This document shows positions 1 through 12,035 of a stretch of 52,208 nt of DNA, in pieces. The translations under genes and the position numbers were made by a program. The number at the start of each line of letters is the position of its first letter. Position 1 is the stretch's first letter. Source of the stretch: an uncultured bacterium (lineage in GTDB: Bacteria > Actinomycetota > Actinomycetes > Nanopelagicales > Nanopelagicaceae); the NCBI GenBank assembly GCA_963977625.1, contig CAXBPX010000001.1, positions 1-52,208 on the forward strand, read 5' to 3'. The notes below the pieces were generated by a model. The model saw only the letters and a program-made list of their open reading frames with translations. It did no database searches and was not told the origin of the DNA.

Positions 1-3000
1 CATGCCTGCTGCCAAGTTACGACCTGTGCGTCCTAAAATAACGACCCGACCACCGGTCATGTATTCCAACGCGTGATCGCCAACTCCTTCGGTGACTGCA
101 GTAGCACCAGAATTTCGAACACAGAAGCGCTCACCAACAATTCCGCGTACAAAAATCTCTCCACTTGTAGCGCCATAACCAATAACATTTCCAGCAATTA
201 CATTATCTTCAGATTTAAATTTTGCTTTCTCATCAGGACGCAAAATCACACGGCCGCCGGAGATGCCTTTTCCTACATAATCATTACTATCACCATATAG
301 GCGAATGGTTAGACCATTTGGAATAAATGCACCTAATGATTGACCAGCAGAACCGTGCAAAACTACATTGATGGTATCTGCAGGTAATCCTGCGCCATGA
401 TATTTGCGAGTGATTTCAGCGCCCAGCATGGTGCCGACAGTTCGATTTACATTTCGAACCGGCAAATCAATGTTTACTCGTTCCCCATTTTGCAAAGCAG
501 GTTGGGCAAGTTCAATTAATTTATTATCCAAAGCTGCTGCTAAACCATGTTCTTGAGTCGTGGTGTTATGCAAAGGCGAATCAATCTCTGGGCGCACCAG
601 AAGTGGAGATAAATCTAAACCGCTTGCCTTCCAGTGATCTACCGCGGCTTTGGTATCCAACAACTCCACATGTCCAACCGCTTCTTTGATACTTCTAAAG
701 CCAAGTTGTGCCAATAATTCACGAACTTCTTGGGCAATATATTCGAAGAAAGTTTCCACGAATTCTGGTTTGCCATTGAATTTAGCGCGCAGTTCCGGGT
801 TTTGAGTTGCCACACCAACTGGACAAGTATCTAGATGACAAACACGCATCATGATGCAACCAGAAACCACGAGTGGTGCCGTTGCAAATCCAAACTCTTC
901 TGCGCCTAGAAGCGCTGCAATAACTACATCGCGACCAGTTTTTAGCTGACCATCAGTTTGCACCACAATTCGATCGCGCAAACGATTAAGTAGCAAGGTC
1001 TGCTGTGTTTCAGCTAAACCTAATTCCCACGGTGCACCAGCATGCTTTAAGGAAGTAAGTGGCGATGCACCAGTTCCGCCATCATGACCTGAAATCAGAA
1101 CCACATCTGCATGTGCTTTGGAAACGCCTGCAGCCACAGTGCCCACGCCAACTTCTGCTACCAATTTCACATGTACACGTGCATTCTTATTGGCGTTCTT
1201 TAAATCGTGAATTAATTGCGCTAAATCTTCAATTGAATAAATATCGTGATGTGGCGGTGGCGAAATTAAACCCACACCAGTAGTTGAGTGGCGTACTTTG
1301 GCAACCCATGGATAAACCTTATTTCCCGGTAACTGTCCACCTTCGCCTGGCTTTGCACCTTGCGCAATTTTGATTTGAATATCATCAGAATTTACTAAGT
1401 ATTCGCTAGTGACTCCGAAGCGACCTGATGCCACTTGTTTGATGGCAGAACGTTTTGAATCTCCATTTGGTAGCGGCGTAAAACGAGATGGATCTTCTCC
1501 ACCTTCACCGGTATTTGATTTTCCACCTAAACGATTCATGGCAATCGCTAAAGTTTCATGAACTTCTTGCGAAACTGAACCAAAGCTCATCGCGCCAGTT
1601 GAAAATCGTTTGACTATTTCTGAAATTGGTTCCACTTCATCAATAGAAATGGCTGGACGCACGCCCTCTTTAAATTTAAATAGTCCGCGTAACGTCATCA
1701 AACGTTTACTCTGTTCATCAACTCTGGTTGTGTAACGTTTGAAAACATCAAAGCGCTTATTGCGAGTGGAATGTTGCAACGTAAATACAGTTTCAGGATC
1801 GAAAAGGTGTGGTTCGCCATCACGGCGCCATTGATATTCGCCACCAATAGATAAACGTTTAGCACCTGGAATTTCGCCACCTGGTGGATACGCAACGTGA
1901 TGACGTTTGGTAACTTCCGTTGCGACAGTATCTAAAGTAATGCCACCCAATCGTGAAGTAGTTCCAGTAAAGAATTCATCTACTAACTCCTGAGAAAGAC
2001 CAATTGCTTCGAAAACCTGGGCACCGGTGTAAGAGGCAATAGTTGAAATTCCCATTTTTGACATTACTTTAAGTACACCTTTACCAAGTGACTTGATCAA
2101 ATTCTTAACTGCTTTCTCTGCAGTCAAACCCGTAATTACACCTTGGTTAACTAAATCTTCCGCAGTTTCCATGGCTAGATATGGATTTATGGCACCAGCA
2201 CCATAACCAATCAAAAGTGCCACATGGTGAACTTCTCGTACGTCTCCAGCTTCAACAATTAAACCAACTTTGGTGCGCGATTTTTCACGGATTAAATGAT
2301 GATGGATTGCTGCCGTAAGCAAAAGTGATGGAATCGGCGCATTATCAGCATCTCCATCACGATCTGAAAGCACAATAATTCGAGCGCCATTTTCAATTGC
2401 TTTAGAAACTTCCTTTTTAATCTCTTCGATTCGCTTGCGAAGCCCAGAACCATCGGCTTCTACTGGGAAAAGCGCTTTAACAACATACGCTTCAAGACCT
2501 GGAAAATCTCCATCAACGTTTGCATGAATTAATTTGGCAAGTTCATCGTTATCAATTACTGGAAATGCAATTCCAACTTGGCGACAAGAGTTTGGACCAG
2601 GATCTAATAGGTTCCATTCAGGACCAACTGCAGAGCCAAGTGAAGTCACCAGTTCTTCACGGATTGCATCTAGTGGTGGGTTGGTAACTTGTGCAAATAA
2701 TTGAGAAAAATAATCGAACATCAAACGCGGCTTTTCGGAAAGCGCTGCTATCGGGGTATCGGTTCCCATTGAACCAAGTGGTTCCGCACCACTTTTAGCC
2801 ATCGGCGTAATAATTACCCGAATCTCTTCTTCGGTGTAGCCGAATGCTTTTTGACGTCGTACTACTGAAGCATGCGGATAAATAATATGTTCGCGGTCAG
2901 GTAAATCTTTTAGGCGAATCATTCCTTCTTCGACCCATTGGCCATAAGGATGCGCATTAGCTAACGAGTCTTTAATTTCATCGTCTTCAATTATTCGACC

Positions 3001-4215
3001 AGCTTCAATATCAACTAAGAACATTTTGCCCGGTTGTAAACGGCCTTTACGAGCCACTTTTTCTTGCGGGATATCTAGCACTCCAACTTCCGATGCCAGA
3101 ACTACGTAACCATCTTCAGTTACCCAAAAACGAGATGGACGCAATCCATTTCGATCAAGCACCGCGCCAACTTGCTTTCCATCAGTGAAAGTAACGCACG
3201 CTGGCCCATCCCAAGCTTCCATTAACGCAGCATGGAATGCATAAAAATCTCTACGATTCTTGGGCATTGAAGCGTGGTTCTCCCAAGCTTCCGGGATCAT
3301 CATCAAGACTGCGTGCGGCAATGAACGACCGCCTAAGTAAAGTAATTCTAAAACTTCATCGAATGATGCGGAATCAGAACCTGCCATGTCCACGATTGGA
3401 AAGATTCTTTCCAAATCGCCAGGAATTAAATTTGATTCAAGCAACTCTTCACGTGCTCGCATCCAATTTCGATTTCCTTTTACAGTATTAATTTCACCGT
3501 TATGCGCGATATATCGATAAGGATGTGACAACTGCCATGATGGAAATGTATTTGTTGAAAAACGTGAGTGAACAATTGCCAAAGGTGATTTCACTCTTTG
3601 GTCATTTAATTCTGGGTAAAACTTACTTAGTTGTCCCGTAGTCAACATACCTTTATAGACAATGGTCGAAGTTGATAATGAGGAGAAATAAACAGGCAGT
3701 GTGTGTTCGATTCTCTTTCTTAGACAGAAAGCCATTCGATCAAGCACTAAGCCCGATTCTGCATTTTTACCTGCCACGAAAAGTTGTTCAAACTTTGGCA
3801 TCACACTTATTGCGGTCTTACCTAAAGTCTTGGCATCAGTTGGAACTTCGCGCCACCCTAAAATAGTTAAATTCTCTTCAGAAGCTAGCTTTTCAATTTC
3901 CGTGCGCACATTTGCGCCTGCTTCAATAAATGCGAGCCCTGCTGCATATTTGCCAGCTTCTGGTAGTTTGAAATTTACTTCTGCCCGAAAAAATTCATCA
4001 GGAATTCGAATTAATATTCCAGCACCATCACCGGTGTCTGGATCTGCACCGGTGGCACCACGGTGTTCCATATTTTCCAGAGCGCGTAAAGCTTTCTGAA
4101 CAATCTCATGTTCTGCTTCGCGTTTAAGAGTGGCCACCATCGCGACGCCGCAGGCATCATGTTCGTTGGCAGGGTCGTATAAACCTTGTGCTGCTGGGAA
4201 ATTTTTAGAAAGCAT
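1..4215 (-). CDS. gltB: glutamate synthase large subunit, partial (C-terminus runs off the window)
   Basis: Absent from the ORF track because no stop codon lies inside the window. The reverse complement from the ATG at 4215 reads [36 protein letters not shown]... (Ntn-amidotransferase Cys motif). At base 60..1 the same frame reads [20 protein letters not shown] (C-terminal GXGXG domain). 4215 nt equals 1405 codons. SD AGAGGGGG lies upstream. Confidence 0.9.
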   Translation of the reverse strand, partial: MLSKNFPAAQGLYDPANEHDACGVAMVATLKREAEHEIVQKALRALENMEHRGATGADPDTGDGAGILIRIPDEFFRAEVNFKLPEAGKYAAGLAFIEAGANVRTEIEKLASEENLTILGWREVPTDAKTLGKTAISVMPKFEQLFVAGKNAESGLVLDRMAFCLRKRIEHTLPVYFSSLSTSTIVYKGMLTTGQLSKFYPELNDQRVKSPLAIVHSRFSTNTFPSWQLSHPYRYIAHNGEINTVKGNRNWMRAREELLESNLIPGDLERIFPIVDMAGSDSASFDEVLELLYLGGRSLPHAVLMMIPEAWENHASMPKNRRDFYAFHAALMEAWDGPACVTFTDGKQVGAVLDRNGLRPSRFWVTEDGYVVLASEVGVLDIPQEKVARKGRLQPGKMFLVDIEAGRIIEDDEIKDSLANAHPYGQWVEEGMIRLKDLPDREHIIYPHASVVRRQKAFGYTEEEIRVIITPMAKSGAEPLGSMGTDTPIAALSEKPRLMFDYFSQLFAQVTNPPLDAIREELVTSLGSAVGPEWNLLDPGPNSCRQVGIAFPVIDNDELAKLIHANVDGDFPGLEAYVVKALFPVEADGSGLRKRIEEIKKEVSKAIENGARIIVLSDRDGDADNAPIPSLLLTAAIHHHLIREKSRTKVGLIVEAGDVREVHHVALLIGYGAGAINPYLAMETAEDLVNQGVITGLTAEKAVKNLIKSLGKGVLKVMSKMGISTIASYTGAQVFEAIGLSQELVDEFFTGTTSRLGGITLDTVATEVTKRHHVAYPPGGEIPGAKRLSIGGEYQWRRDGEPHLFDPETVFTLQHSTRNKRFDVFKRYTTRVDEQSKRLMTLRGLFKFKEGVRPAISIDEVEPISEIVKRFSTGAMSFGSVSQEVHETLAIAMNRLGGKSNTGEGGEDPSRFTPLPNGDSKRSAIKQVASGRFGVTSEYLVNSDDIQIKIAQGAKPGEGGQLPGNKVYPWVAKVRHSTTGVGLISPPPHHDIYSIEDLAQLIHDLKNANKNARVHVKLVAEVGVGTVAAGVSKAHADVVLISGHDGGTGASPLTSLKHAGAPWELGLAETQQTLLLNRLRDRIVVQTDGQLKTGRDVVIAALLGAEEFGFATAPLVVSGCIMMRVCHLDTCPVGVATQNPELRAKFNGKPEFVETFFEYIAQEVRELLAQLGFRSIKEAVGHVELLDTKAAVDHWKASGLDLSPLLVRPEIDSPLHNTTTQEHGLAAALDNKLIELAQPALQNGERVNIDLPVRNVNRTVGTMLGAEITRKYHGAGLPADTINVVLHGSAGQSLGAFIPNGLTIRLYGDSNDYVGKGISGGRVILRPDEKAKFKSEDNVIAGNVIGYGATSGEIFVRGIVGERFCVRNSGATAVTEGVGDHALEYMTGGRVVILGRTGRNLAAGM

Positions 4216-4376
4216 TCCAGAGCCCCCTCTTAATTAGCGATGGGACGACCTTGGCCCTGATGAGTGCTAAAGGTTAGCAATAAGCGGGCGAAAAGCGGTA
4301 AAGATTTTTACCAATTACCCTCAGGTTTATCTCACTTTCCCGCTATGTGGACCCTATTCTGCAAAAGAATTTATGG

Positions 4377-5087
4377 TTATAACCCAGCGGTATGAGCGAA
4401 TGCACCAATCGCGCCGGTAATCACCATTCCCAGCACGCCACCAATGACTACACGGGAGGTTGCCTTAACCAGGTGAGTCCCTGCGGTTTTTGCTGAAAGA
4501 AATCCTGCAAATGTTAATCCCACAATCGTTACCAAAGTAATTCTGATGGCATTGTTTTCGATAAAGGGTAGATAAAAACCTATAAATGGAATTAAACCGC
4601 CAGTGGTAAAACTAAGTGCAGAGGCAAATGATGCTTGTACTGGACGCGCCATTGTGTGTTCGAATTGACCAAGTTCATCACGAAGATGAGTTTCGATCGC
4701 GTTGTGGGCATGCATCTGTTCGGCAACTTGTTTAGCTAATTCTTCGCTCAAACCACGATTCATGTAAATCTGAACTAATTCTAGAAATTCACCTTCAGGA
4801 TTTGTGGCATGTTGATTTTCTTCTAGAGCGCGATCTGATTCTTCTATATCTACTTGAGAACGAACAGATACATATTCACCAACTGCCATAGAGAGCGCAC
4901 CGGCAGCAATTCCAGCTAAACCGGTAGTAAGAATTACGCTGTCACTTTGCATAGCAGCAGATACGCCAACCATTAGTGACGCGGTAGAAACTAAACCGTC
5001 ATTTACGCCAAGTACCGCAGCGCGCAACCAACCAGCGCGATGCGCGCGATGTTCCTGATTTCGGCGCATAGTTTCATTTAATGGCAT
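4377..5087 (-). CDS. VIT1/CCC1-family iron/manganese transporter
   Basis: 236 aa. GVNDGLVSTASLMVGVSAA motif, a central soluble helical segment and C-terminal TM helices are typical of the VIT family. Confidence 0.8.
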   Translation of the reverse strand: MPLNETMRRNQEHRAHRAGWLRAAVLGVNDGLVSTASLMVGVSAAMQSDSVILTTGLAGIAAGALSMAVGEYVSVRSQVDIEESDRALEENQHATNPEGEFLELVQIYMNRGLSEELAKQVAEQMHAHNAIETHLRDELGQFEHTMARPVQASFASALSFTTGGLIPFIGFYLPFIENNAIRITLVTIVGLTFAGFLSAKTAGTHLVKATSRVVIGGVLGMVITGAIGAFAHTAGL

Positions 5088-5096
5088 ATTTAAATA

Positions 5097-5858
5097 CTAT
5101 CCTTTAGGACCAATAAGTTTGCGCAATTTTATAAGTGCCGCCCCACCTAATATCAAACTGACCCACTGATTTAGGCGTAAACCGAAATATGTATGTGCGC
5201 TATCAATTCGGATACCTTCAATAAAGAATCTATAAGCGCAATATCCCGCTACATACATAGCAAAGATTGAGCCGGCTGGAGCGCTATTTTTTCGTTTAAT
5301 GAGGAATGCAGCTAGCGCAAAATTGCAGATAGCTTCATATAAAAATGTTGGGTGGTATGTAAGTCCATCTGGTAATTGCAGCGCCCAAGGCAAATTAGTC
5401 TGACTGCCATAAAGTTCTGCATTAAACCAATTTCCAAATCTGCCGATTCCTTGCGCAACTAATAACCCTGGTGCCATTACATCTAAAAGGGCGGCAAATG
5501 AAATTTCACGATTGTATTTCCAATATGCCGCTAGGACTCCACCGGCAATCGCTCCCCAAATGCCAAGCCCGCCTTCCCAAATTTTGTAGATATCCGAAAT
5601 GTTTCCGTTGGCGCCAAAGAAATATTCAGGTGAAGTTAATACATGATAGATCCGGGCACCAATCACCCCAGCTGGAATAACCCAAATAGCTAAATCGCTA
5701 ATTACATGTGGCGAGCCACCTGCATCTAGATATCTTTTATTTGAAATCCAGATTGCGGCGGTTATTCCTAAAATAATGCAGAGCGCGTATGCATGAATTG
5801 TTAAAGGCCCAACAGTAAATTGCGATACTGATGGTGTTGGGATGTAACGTGCTATCAA
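5097..5858 (-). CDS. lgt: prolipoprotein diacylglyceryl transferase
   Basis: 253 aa polytopic membrane protein with GRFGNWFNAELYG and the YEAxxN motif. It follows trpA as in Mycobacterium (trpA-lgt synteny). Confidence 0.92.
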   Translation of the reverse strand: MIARYIPTPSVSQFTVGPLTIHAYALCIILGITAAIWISNKRYLDAGGSPHVISDLAIWVIPAGVIGARIYHVLTSPEYFFGANGNISDIYKIWEGGLGIWGAIAGGVLAAYWKYNREISFAALLDVMAPGLLVAQGIGRFGNWFNAELYGSQTNLPWALQLPDGLTYHPTFLYEAICNFALAAFLIKRKNSAPAGSIFAMYVAGYCAYRFFIEGIRIDSAHTYFGLRLNQWVSLILGGAALIKLRKLIGPKG

Positions 5859-6545
5859 TTACTTTTTAAAGACCAGCTTGGAAAATGTCGCTGTGTCAAA
5901 GTAGTTTGCTTGAGTACGTTCAATCTCTTTGCCGTTAATTAGCACAGTTGGAGTGGAGTTGATTTTCTTACTCTGACCGTCATTTGCAATATTTGTAACC
6001 CAATCTTGATACTTCGCATTGGTAACACAATCTGAAAATGATTTAGAGGTAATTCCTACATTTGCACCAAGTGCAATTAAGGATGCTGGGTTCCATTGAC
6101 CGGAATTTTCAGCGGAAGCCTGATTGGCATAAAGCGCGGCATGGTAAGGCAGAAACTTTCCTTCATCGGCAGAGCAAGCGGCAGCATTAGCCATGTATGC
6201 AGATTCGGCACCAATGAATGAGAGCGGATGGAATACTGCCACCACTTTTTTACTAGTAATCCATTCGGTAATTTGCTTGTTATTTACCGCTTCAAAATCT
6301 CGGCACACTGGGCATTGGAAATCTTCCCAAATATCTAGCTTTGGAACTCCAGTTAAGCCTTTGTTAAAGACAATTCCGTAACCTTCAGCTTTATCAACCG
6401 AAGCTGGGGTGGCTACATTCTCTTTTGCCTTATTGCTTGAGAATGAAACTCCTACGGTCACTAAAACTACTAACGCAATCATTCCGATGACTAAATTACG
6501 TGTGACATTATCTTTTTTTGGATCTTTCTTCGGAGTTGCCATCAT
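5859..6545 (-). CDS. membrane-anchored DsbA-like thiol:disulfide oxidoreductase
   Basis: 228 aa with an N-terminal signal anchor, a CPVC active-site motif and a thioredoxin-like fold pattern. It abuts lgt with a 0-nt gap. Confidence 0.75.
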   Translation of the reverse strand: MMATPKKDPKKDNVTRNLVIGMIALVVLVTVGVSFSSNKAKENVATPASVDKAEGYGIVFNKGLTGVPKLDIWEDFQCPVCRDFEAVNNKQITEWITSKKVVAVFHPLSFIGAESAYMANAAACSADEGKFLPYHAALYANQASAENSGQWNPASLIALGANVGITSKSFSDCVTNAKYQDWVTNIANDGQSKKINSTPTVLINGKEIERTQANYFDTATFSKLVFKK

Positions 6546-6566
6546 CTTCCTTTCGAGTTCCTAATC

Positions 6567-7346
6567 CTAACCAGTGATGCCAGCTTTAAGTTCGCGCGCT
6601 AACTTTTCGACTGCCACGAGCCCTTCGGCAAATGTGGGAGCCTGCGCAACTGCATTAATGAAGGCGCTACCGACAATTACGCCATCTGCATATTTGGCTA
6701 CCTCAGCCGCTTGTTCGGGAGTTGAAACGCCAAGCCCAACCGCTACCGGAAGTTTCGTAAATTTCCTGGTTCGGTTTACCAAAGTTTCAGCCGTATTTGA
6801 GATCTCAGTTCGAGCTCCGGTTACACCCATCAAAGATGCAGCATAAACAAATCCACCACAGCTAGCCAAAACTTTTTCAAGTCGAACATCTTTGGTGCTT
6901 GGCGCAATAACAAAGATCGGATTTATCGAGTTTCGCTGGCATGCGGCAAGCCAATTTGTGGCTTCATCGAAAGTTAAATCTGGGGTGATGGTTCCGCTTC
7001 CCCCTGCAGCAGCCATATCTGAAGCAAACTTTTCGACACCGTATTTTTCGATTGGGTTCCAGTAACTCATAATCACCGATGGCACTAAATTTGCGGCGAA
7101 TTTTAAAGTCTCCATAACATCTGAGGCAGTGGTGCCATTTGCAAGAGATTGATCTGCTGCGGCTTGAATAGTTGGTCCATCCATAACTGGGTCGCTGTAT
7201 GGAAAGCCAACTTCGATGGCATCTACTCCACCCTTTACCATCGCAGTGATGATCTCTTTTGCACCAGAAATTGTGGGAAAACCCGCAGGTACATATCCAA
7301 TTAATTTAGTGCCAGAGGTTTCAAATAATTTTTCTAACGCAGTCAT
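6567..7346 (-). CDS. trpA: tryptophan synthase alpha chain
   Basis: 259 aa with [24 protein letters not shown] and GVTG motifs. There is a 4-nt overlap with trpB. Confidence 0.95.
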   Translation of the reverse strand: MTALEKLFETSGTKLIGYVPAGFPTISGAKEIITAMVKGGVDAIEVGFPYSDPVMDGPTIQAAADQSLANGTTASDVMETLKFAANLVPSVIMSYWNPIEKYGVEKFASDMAAAGGSGTITPDLTFDEATNWLAACQRNSINPIFVIAPSTKDVRLEKVLASCGGFVYAASLMGVTGARTEISNTAETLVNRTRKFTKLPVAVGLGVSTPEQAAEVAKYADGVIVGSAFINAVAQAPTFAEGLVAVEKLARELKAGITG

Positions 7347-8533
7347 TCGAGTGAAATTCCGAAATATTTTGCGGCAGTTTGAACATCTTTATCTCCACGA
7401 CCAGAGAGATTAATCAGCAAAATTGCATTTGGTCCCAGTTCTCGACCAACTTTCATGGCGCCAGCTAGCGCATGTGCCGTTTCAATTGCAGGAATAATTC
7501 CTTCGGTTTTGCAGAGTAATGAGAATGCATCCATGGCTTCGGCATCTGTAATAGATCTATATTCAGCGCGACCGGTGTCATTCAAAATTGCATGCTCAGG
7601 ACCAACGCCGGGGTAATCAAGTCCGGCACTTATTGAATGCGATTCAACTGTCTGGCCATTTGCATCTTGTAAAACGTAGGTGCGAGTGCCGTGTAAAACG
7701 CCAACGCTGCCACCACTTATAGATGATGCATGGCGACCAGTTTGGATTCCATCTCCGCCTGCTTCTAGACCAATCAACCTAACTTGGCTATCTGAAATAA
7801 AGCGATGGAAAATTCCGATGGCATTAGAGCCGCCACCAACGCAGGCTAAAACGGCATCGGGCAACTTGCCAGTTAAATCTAAAACTTGTTGGCGGGCTTC
7901 TTCTCCAATAATTTTATGAAAATCTCTGACCATTTCTGGAAATGGATGTGGGCCGGCCACAGTGCCTAATAGGTAATGAGTGGTTTCCACATTGGTAACC
8001 CAATCGCGCATTGCTTCATTGATGGCATCTTTTAAAGTTCTGGAACCGGTAGTAACTGGCACTACTTTTGCACCGAGTAATTTCATTCTGGCAACATTTA
8101 GAGCTTGTCGTTTAGTGTCTTCTTCGCCCATGTATACAACACATTCAAGTCCAAGTAACGCGGCGGCAGTTGCTGATGCCACACCATGTTGACCTGCACC
8201 GGTTTCTGCAATGATTCTTGGTTTACCCATTCGTTTTGTCAGGAGTGCTTGTCCAAGAACATTATTTATTTTGTGAGAACCAGTGTGATTTAAATCTTCG
8301 CGTTTTAGCAATACTCGAGCGCCACCGCAATATTCCGAGAATCGTTTGGCATCGGTAAGAATCGAAGGTCGTCCTGAATAAGTTTTATGTAGATGATCTA
8401 ATTCAGATTGAAAAACCGGATCAACTTTTGCTGCTTCAAATGCGGCAGTTAATTCTTCAAGTGCCGGAATCAAAGCTTCTGGAACAAAGCGTCCACCATA
8501 TTGGCCAAAATGCCCGTCAAAAGTCATAGTCAA
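7343..8533 (-). CDS. trpB: tryptophan synthase beta chain
   Basis: 396 aa with [21 protein letters not shown] (PLP lysine) and GGGSNAIG motifs. Confidence 0.97.
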   Translation of the reverse strand: MTMTFDGHFGQYGGRFVPEALIPALEELTAAFEAAKVDPVFQSELDHLHKTYSGRPSILTDAKRFSEYCGGARVLLKREDLNHTGSHKINNVLGQALLTKRMGKPRIIAETGAGQHGVASATAAALLGLECVVYMGEEDTKRQALNVARMKLLGAKVVPVTTGSRTLKDAINEAMRDWVTNVETTHYLLGTVAGPHPFPEMVRDFHKIIGEEARQQVLDLTGKLPDAVLACVGGGSNAIGIFHRFISDSQVRLIGLEAGGDGIQTGRHASSISGGSVGVLHGTRTYVLQDANGQTVESHSISAGLDYPGVGPEHAILNDTGRAEYRSITDAEAMDAFSLLCKTEGIIPAIETAHALAGAMKVGRELGPNAILLINLSGRGDKDVQTAAKYFGISLE

Positions 8534-8536
8534 AAT

Positions 8537-9304
8537 CTACCTTGCACCAAGTAGCTCACGCATGCTGGTTATCGGATCTCCTGCCTTTACCAGCGCCTCT
8601 CCGACCAAAATCACATTAGCGCCCGCCCGCTCTGCAACTTGGACATCAGTTCTAGTAGAAATTCCGGATTCAGCAACTTTAATTAATTCAGATGGAATTC
8701 TAGGAATCAGCTCATTGAAAGCGGAGGTATCCACTTCTAATGTTTTTAAATTTCTCGAATTCACACCGATAATTTCTGGATTAATTTCCATTGCTGCTTC
8801 TAATTCGTCATTAGTATGAACTTCAATTAAAGATTTCATTCCTAACTCTGTGGCTAACGCATAATAATCTGAAAGTTGCGACTTTGATAACGCCGCTACA
8901 ATTAAAAGAACTAAATCGGCACCATGTGCTCTAGCTTCATAGAATTGATATTCATCTACCATAAAATCTTTTCTAAGCATTGGTAAAGAAATTTCATTTC
9001 TCACGGCATCAAAATCTGCTAGCGAACCATTAAATCTTCGTTGCTCCGTTAGCACCGACACTGCTGCTGCACCAGCTTGCTGATACAGAGATGCTAATTT
9101 TGCCGGATCTGGTATTTCTGCCAATTCGCCTTTACTTGGTGACTTACGTTTGACCTCTGCAATCACTGACAAATTATTAAAAGGAAAAACGGGTGCAATA
9201 GGTGCTGGGGCCGCATCTAGTAATTCATGTAATTTAGATAGTGGCATTCGGCGCGCAGCTAAATCTTCACGCACTCCTTCGATAATTGAATCTAGAACAC
9301 TCAT
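8537..9304 (-). CDS. trpC: indole-3-glycerol phosphate synthase
   Basis: 255 aa with IAEVKRKSPSKG and LRKDF motifs. Its start codon forms an ATGA overlap with the upstream small ORF. Confidence 0.95.
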   Translation of the reverse strand: MSVLDSIIEGVREDLAARRMPLSKLHELLDAAPAPIAPVFPFNNLSVIAEVKRKSPSKGELAEIPDPAKLASLYQQAGAAAVSVLTEQRRFNGSLADFDAVRNEISLPMLRKDFMVDEYQFYEARAHGADLVLLIVAALSKSQLSDYYALATELGMKSLIEVHTNDELEAAMEINPEIIGVNSRNLKTLEVDTSAFNELIPRIPSELIKVAESGISTRTDVQVAERAGANVILVGEALVKAGDPITSMRELLGAR

Positions 9305-9459
9305 TTTGTAGGGTCAATACCTTTATCTAATTTTTGCCAATCGGAAGTGGCATGAGGAGTACGTTCATATCTCGAACTTTTTTTTCGTTTACTGCCAATA
9401 TAAACAATCAAAATCAAAGTAAAAATAGTGGTAATAAAAAATCCTAGAAAATCTCTCAT
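9301..9459 (-). CDS. 52-aa single-pass membrane protein coupled between trpE and trpC, possibly a minimal trp-region membrane protein
   Basis: Below the ORF-track size cut-off. My own translation is [52 protein letters not shown]. Both junctions are ATGA overlaps, with the trpE stop at 9456-9459 and the trpC start at 9301-9304. It has one hydrophobic helix followed by a basic stretch. It occupies the slot of the actinobacterial trpE-(membrane protein)-trpC gene. Confidence 0.55.
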   Translation of the reverse strand: MRDFLGFFITTIFTLILIVYIGSKRKKSSRYERTPHATSDWQKLDKGIDPTK

Positions 9460-10943
9460 TTAGCCACTCGCAAATTATTCGCCGCGTTCACTGCGCCAAG
9501 CACTGCCGCAGCCTTATTAATACATTCTTGATTCTCAGCTAAAGCATCAGAATCTGCCACGATGCCAGCACCTGCCTGTACATAAGCATTTCCATCTTTG
9601 ATCACTGCAGTTCGAATTGCAATACAGGTATCGATATTGCCACGGAAATCTATATAGCCCAGGGCGCCACCGTATAACCCCCGACGATTCGGTTCGAGTT
9701 CCTCAATAATTTCCATGGCGCGTGGTTTTGGTGCGCCAGATAATGTGCCGGCTGGAAAAGTTGAGAAGAGCGCATCAATTGGAGCTTTTCCAGTTGCTAA
9801 ATCTCCAGTTACGGTCGAAACGATATGCATTACGTGAGAGAAGCGTTCGATGTTCATGAATTCAACCACTTCAACAGTTCCTGGCTTACAAATTCGACCC
9901 AAATCATTTCGTCCAAGATCTACCAACATTAAATGCTCAGCACGCTCTTTTGGATCTGCTAGTAATTCTTGTGCAATTTTCTCATCTTGTTCTGGAGAAT
10001 CAGAACGGCGTCTAGTACCGGCAATTGGATGGACCATCACTTTGCCATCTGTTACTTTTACCAACGCTTCTGGACTTGAACCCACCACATCTAATCCATC
10101 ATCAAATCGTAAGAAAAACATATAAGGACTTGGATTATGAAGGCGCAACATTCTGTATACATCAATAGAATCTGCATTGCATTCTGTGACAAATCGTTGT
10201 GAAATAACCACCTGAAACGCTTCACCAGACTTAATTTCTTCTTTTACTTTTGCAACTTTATTTAAAAATTCCTGCTCTGAAGTATTTCTCTTGAATGTGG
10301 GAGCGCTCTTTTGATCAACGAATGCAAAGTTGCCAATTGTCGGAGCTTGCAAATCAGCTTGCATTCGATCCAGTCGCTGTATTGCCAATTCGTATACTTC
10401 ATCTACTCTTTCGTCGCTACCATCCCAATTAATCACATTTGCAATTAATGTAATGGTGCCTTCGGCGTGATCCATCACTGCTAAATCTGAAGTCAACATA
10501 AATTCAAGTTCTGGAATATTTAAATCATTGGCGGTAATACTTGGTAATTTCTCCAATCGTCTCACGCTGTCATATGACATATAACCAACTAGGCCACCAG
10601 TTAAGGTGGGCGCACTTTCAATTTCTGGCGAACGTAAGTGTGCTGCCGCCATCCGAAGTGCGGTCAATGGGTCTACTCCAGTTGGAGCACCTGCTGGCAT
10701 CGTGCCGCGCCAATAAACTTCGCCGTTTTTTTCCGTCAACGTGGCTTCGGAAGCTACTCCAATAAAAGAATAACGGGACCAAACTCCTCCGTGTTCGGCG
10801 GATTCGAGTAGAAAAGTATTGGGTTTTAATTTTGCTAATTTTCGATAAACGCCAATTGGAGTTTCACCATCTGCCAATAATTTCCGGGACACCGGGATTA
10901 CATTAAATTCTTTCGCGTATTCGCGAAATTCAGATAAGTTCAT
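9456..10943 (-). CDS. trpE: anthranilate synthase component I
   Basis: [17 protein letters not shown] and GGxxGY motifs. The start was moved to [11 protein letters not shown] at 10943 (ATG), because the track ORF start at 10997 lies deep inside hisI. Confidence 0.93.
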   Translation of the reverse strand: MNLSEFREYAKEFNVIPVSRKLLADGETPIGVYRKLAKLKPNTFLLESAEHGGVWSRYSFIGVASEATLTEKNGEVYWRGTMPAGAPTGVDPLTALRMAAAHLRSPEIESAPTLTGGLVGYMSYDSVRRLEKLPSITANDLNIPELEFMLTSDLAVMDHAEGTITLIANVINWDGSDERVDEVYELAIQRLDRMQADLQAPTIGNFAFVDQKSAPTFKRNTSEQEFLNKVAKVKEEIKSGEAFQVVISQRFVTECNADSIDVYRMLRLHNPSPYMFFLRFDDGLDVVGSSPEALVKVTDGKVMVHPIAGTRRRSDSPEQDEKIAQELLADPKERAEHLMLVDLGRNDLGRICKPGTVEVVEFMNIERFSHVMHIVSTVTGDLATGKAPIDALFSTFPAGTLSGAPKPRAMEIIEELEPNRRGLYGGALGYIDFRGNIDTCIAIRTAVIKDGNAYVQAGAGIVADSDALAENQECINKAAAVLGAVNAANNLRVAK

Positions 10944-11253
10944 TATGAAAACAACTCTTTTGACCAGTATGACATGCCGCTCCGATTTGATTAACAAGCA
11001 TCAAAATTGCATCTGCATCACAATCGAATTTGATGTCAACAACCTCTTGAAAATGCCCTGAAGTCTCACCTTTTACCCAAAGTGCATTTCGGGATCTACT
11101 GAAATAAGTGGCACGTTTTGTTTGCAAAGTTTGTAATAATGCTGCTTCGTTCATCCATGCCAACATTAAGACTTCGCTGCTTTTTGCATCCTGCACAATG
11201 GCAGCAATCAGACCTTTGGAAAGCGCCTCTTGAATTTGTGCTGGAATCTTCAT
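10930..11253 (-). CDS. hisI: phosphoribosyl-AMP cyclohydrolase
   Basis: 107 aa with [11 protein letters not shown] and [20 protein letters not shown] motifs. It is monofunctional, as in Actinobacteria, and overlaps trpE by 14 nt. Confidence 0.93.
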   Translation of the reverse strand: MKIPAQIQEALSKGLIAAIVQDAKSSEVLMLAWMNEAALLQTLQTKRATYFSRSRNALWVKGETSGHFQEVVDIKFDCDADAILMLVNQIGAACHTGQKSCFHNELI

Positions 11254-11267
11254 GGGTGAATTTTGCC

Positions 11268-12035
11268 CTACGAAAGCGCACTCTCGCGCACGTTATATCC
11301 ACGCTGCTTTAGATAATTTTTAACATCCGTAATCCTGAAAGTGCCAAAATGGAAAACACTGGCAGCAAGCAATGCATCAGCTCCGGCATCCAATGCCGAA
11401 GCAAAATCTTCTAATTTTCCAGCTCCACCTGATGCAATTAATGGCACCTTACAAATTGATCTAATATCCGAAATCATTTGTAGGTCATAGCCTTCACGAG
11501 TTCCATCGGCGTCCATCGAATTCAATAAAATTTCTCCGACTCCTAGATCGCAGGCTTGCTTCACCCAACTTATCGCGCTCAATCCCGCACTTTCGCGTCC
11601 ACCATGAGTGGTTACTTCGTAAGATCCATTTGCGCGCCTAGCATCAACTGATAGAACTAAAACTTGTGACCCAAAGTTATTGGCAATCTCATTTATCAAT
11701 TCTGGACGATTGATTGCTGCGGTATTGATGCTGATTTTGTCAGCGCCTGCTCTTAACAATTTATCTACATCATCAACAGAACGAATTCCGCCACCAACTG
11801 TTAAGGGAATAAAAACTTGTTCTGCTGTGCGCCTTACCGCTTCGATTGTAGTTTGGCGACCCGAACTAGATGCAGAGATATCTAAAAATGTAAGTTCGTC
11901 TGCTCCTTCATGGTTATAACCTTTAGCCAATTCAGTTGGATCACCAGCATCGACCAGATTTACAAAGTTGACACCTTTAACTACCCGACCTTCATTCACA
12001 TCCAGACATGGAATTATTCGAATCGAAAGTGACAT
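11268..12035 (-). CDS. hisF: imidazole glycerol phosphate synthase cyclase subunit
   Basis: 255 aa with IIPCLDV..GRVVKGV and ASGGAG motifs. The start abuts the hisA stop (TAAATG). Confidence 0.96.
   Translation of the reverse strand: MSLSIRIIPCLDVNEGRVVKGVNFVNLVDAGDPTELAKGYNHEGADELTFLDISASSSGRQTTIEAVRRTAEQVFIPLTVGGGIRSVDDVDKLLRAGADKISINTAAINRPELINEIANNFGSQVLVLSVDARRANGSYEVTTHGGRESAGLSAISWVKQACDLGVGEILLNSMDADGTREGYDLQMISDIRSICKVPLIASGGAGKLEDFASALDAGADALLAASVFHFGTFRITDVKNYLKQRGYNVRESALS

Noticed and set aside
73-4099. Several 60-130-aa plus-strand ORFs (73-300, 1059-1283, 3237-3491, 3672-3866, 3701-4099) and one minus-strand ORF (1698-1895) in the first 4.2 kb.
   Set aside because: All lie inside, antisense to or out of frame with the uninterrupted gltB reading frame, which carries unmistakable GltB motifs. 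None has recognisable motifs or an SD.
10944-10997. Longer track starts for trpE (10997). The same issue applies to hisA (12770), hisC (15059) and ftsI (39792).
   Set aside because: The extensions run well into the upstream genes and add non-conserved residues. Downstream ATGs give the overlap or abutment junctions typical of the rest of the operon, and N-termini that match the families.
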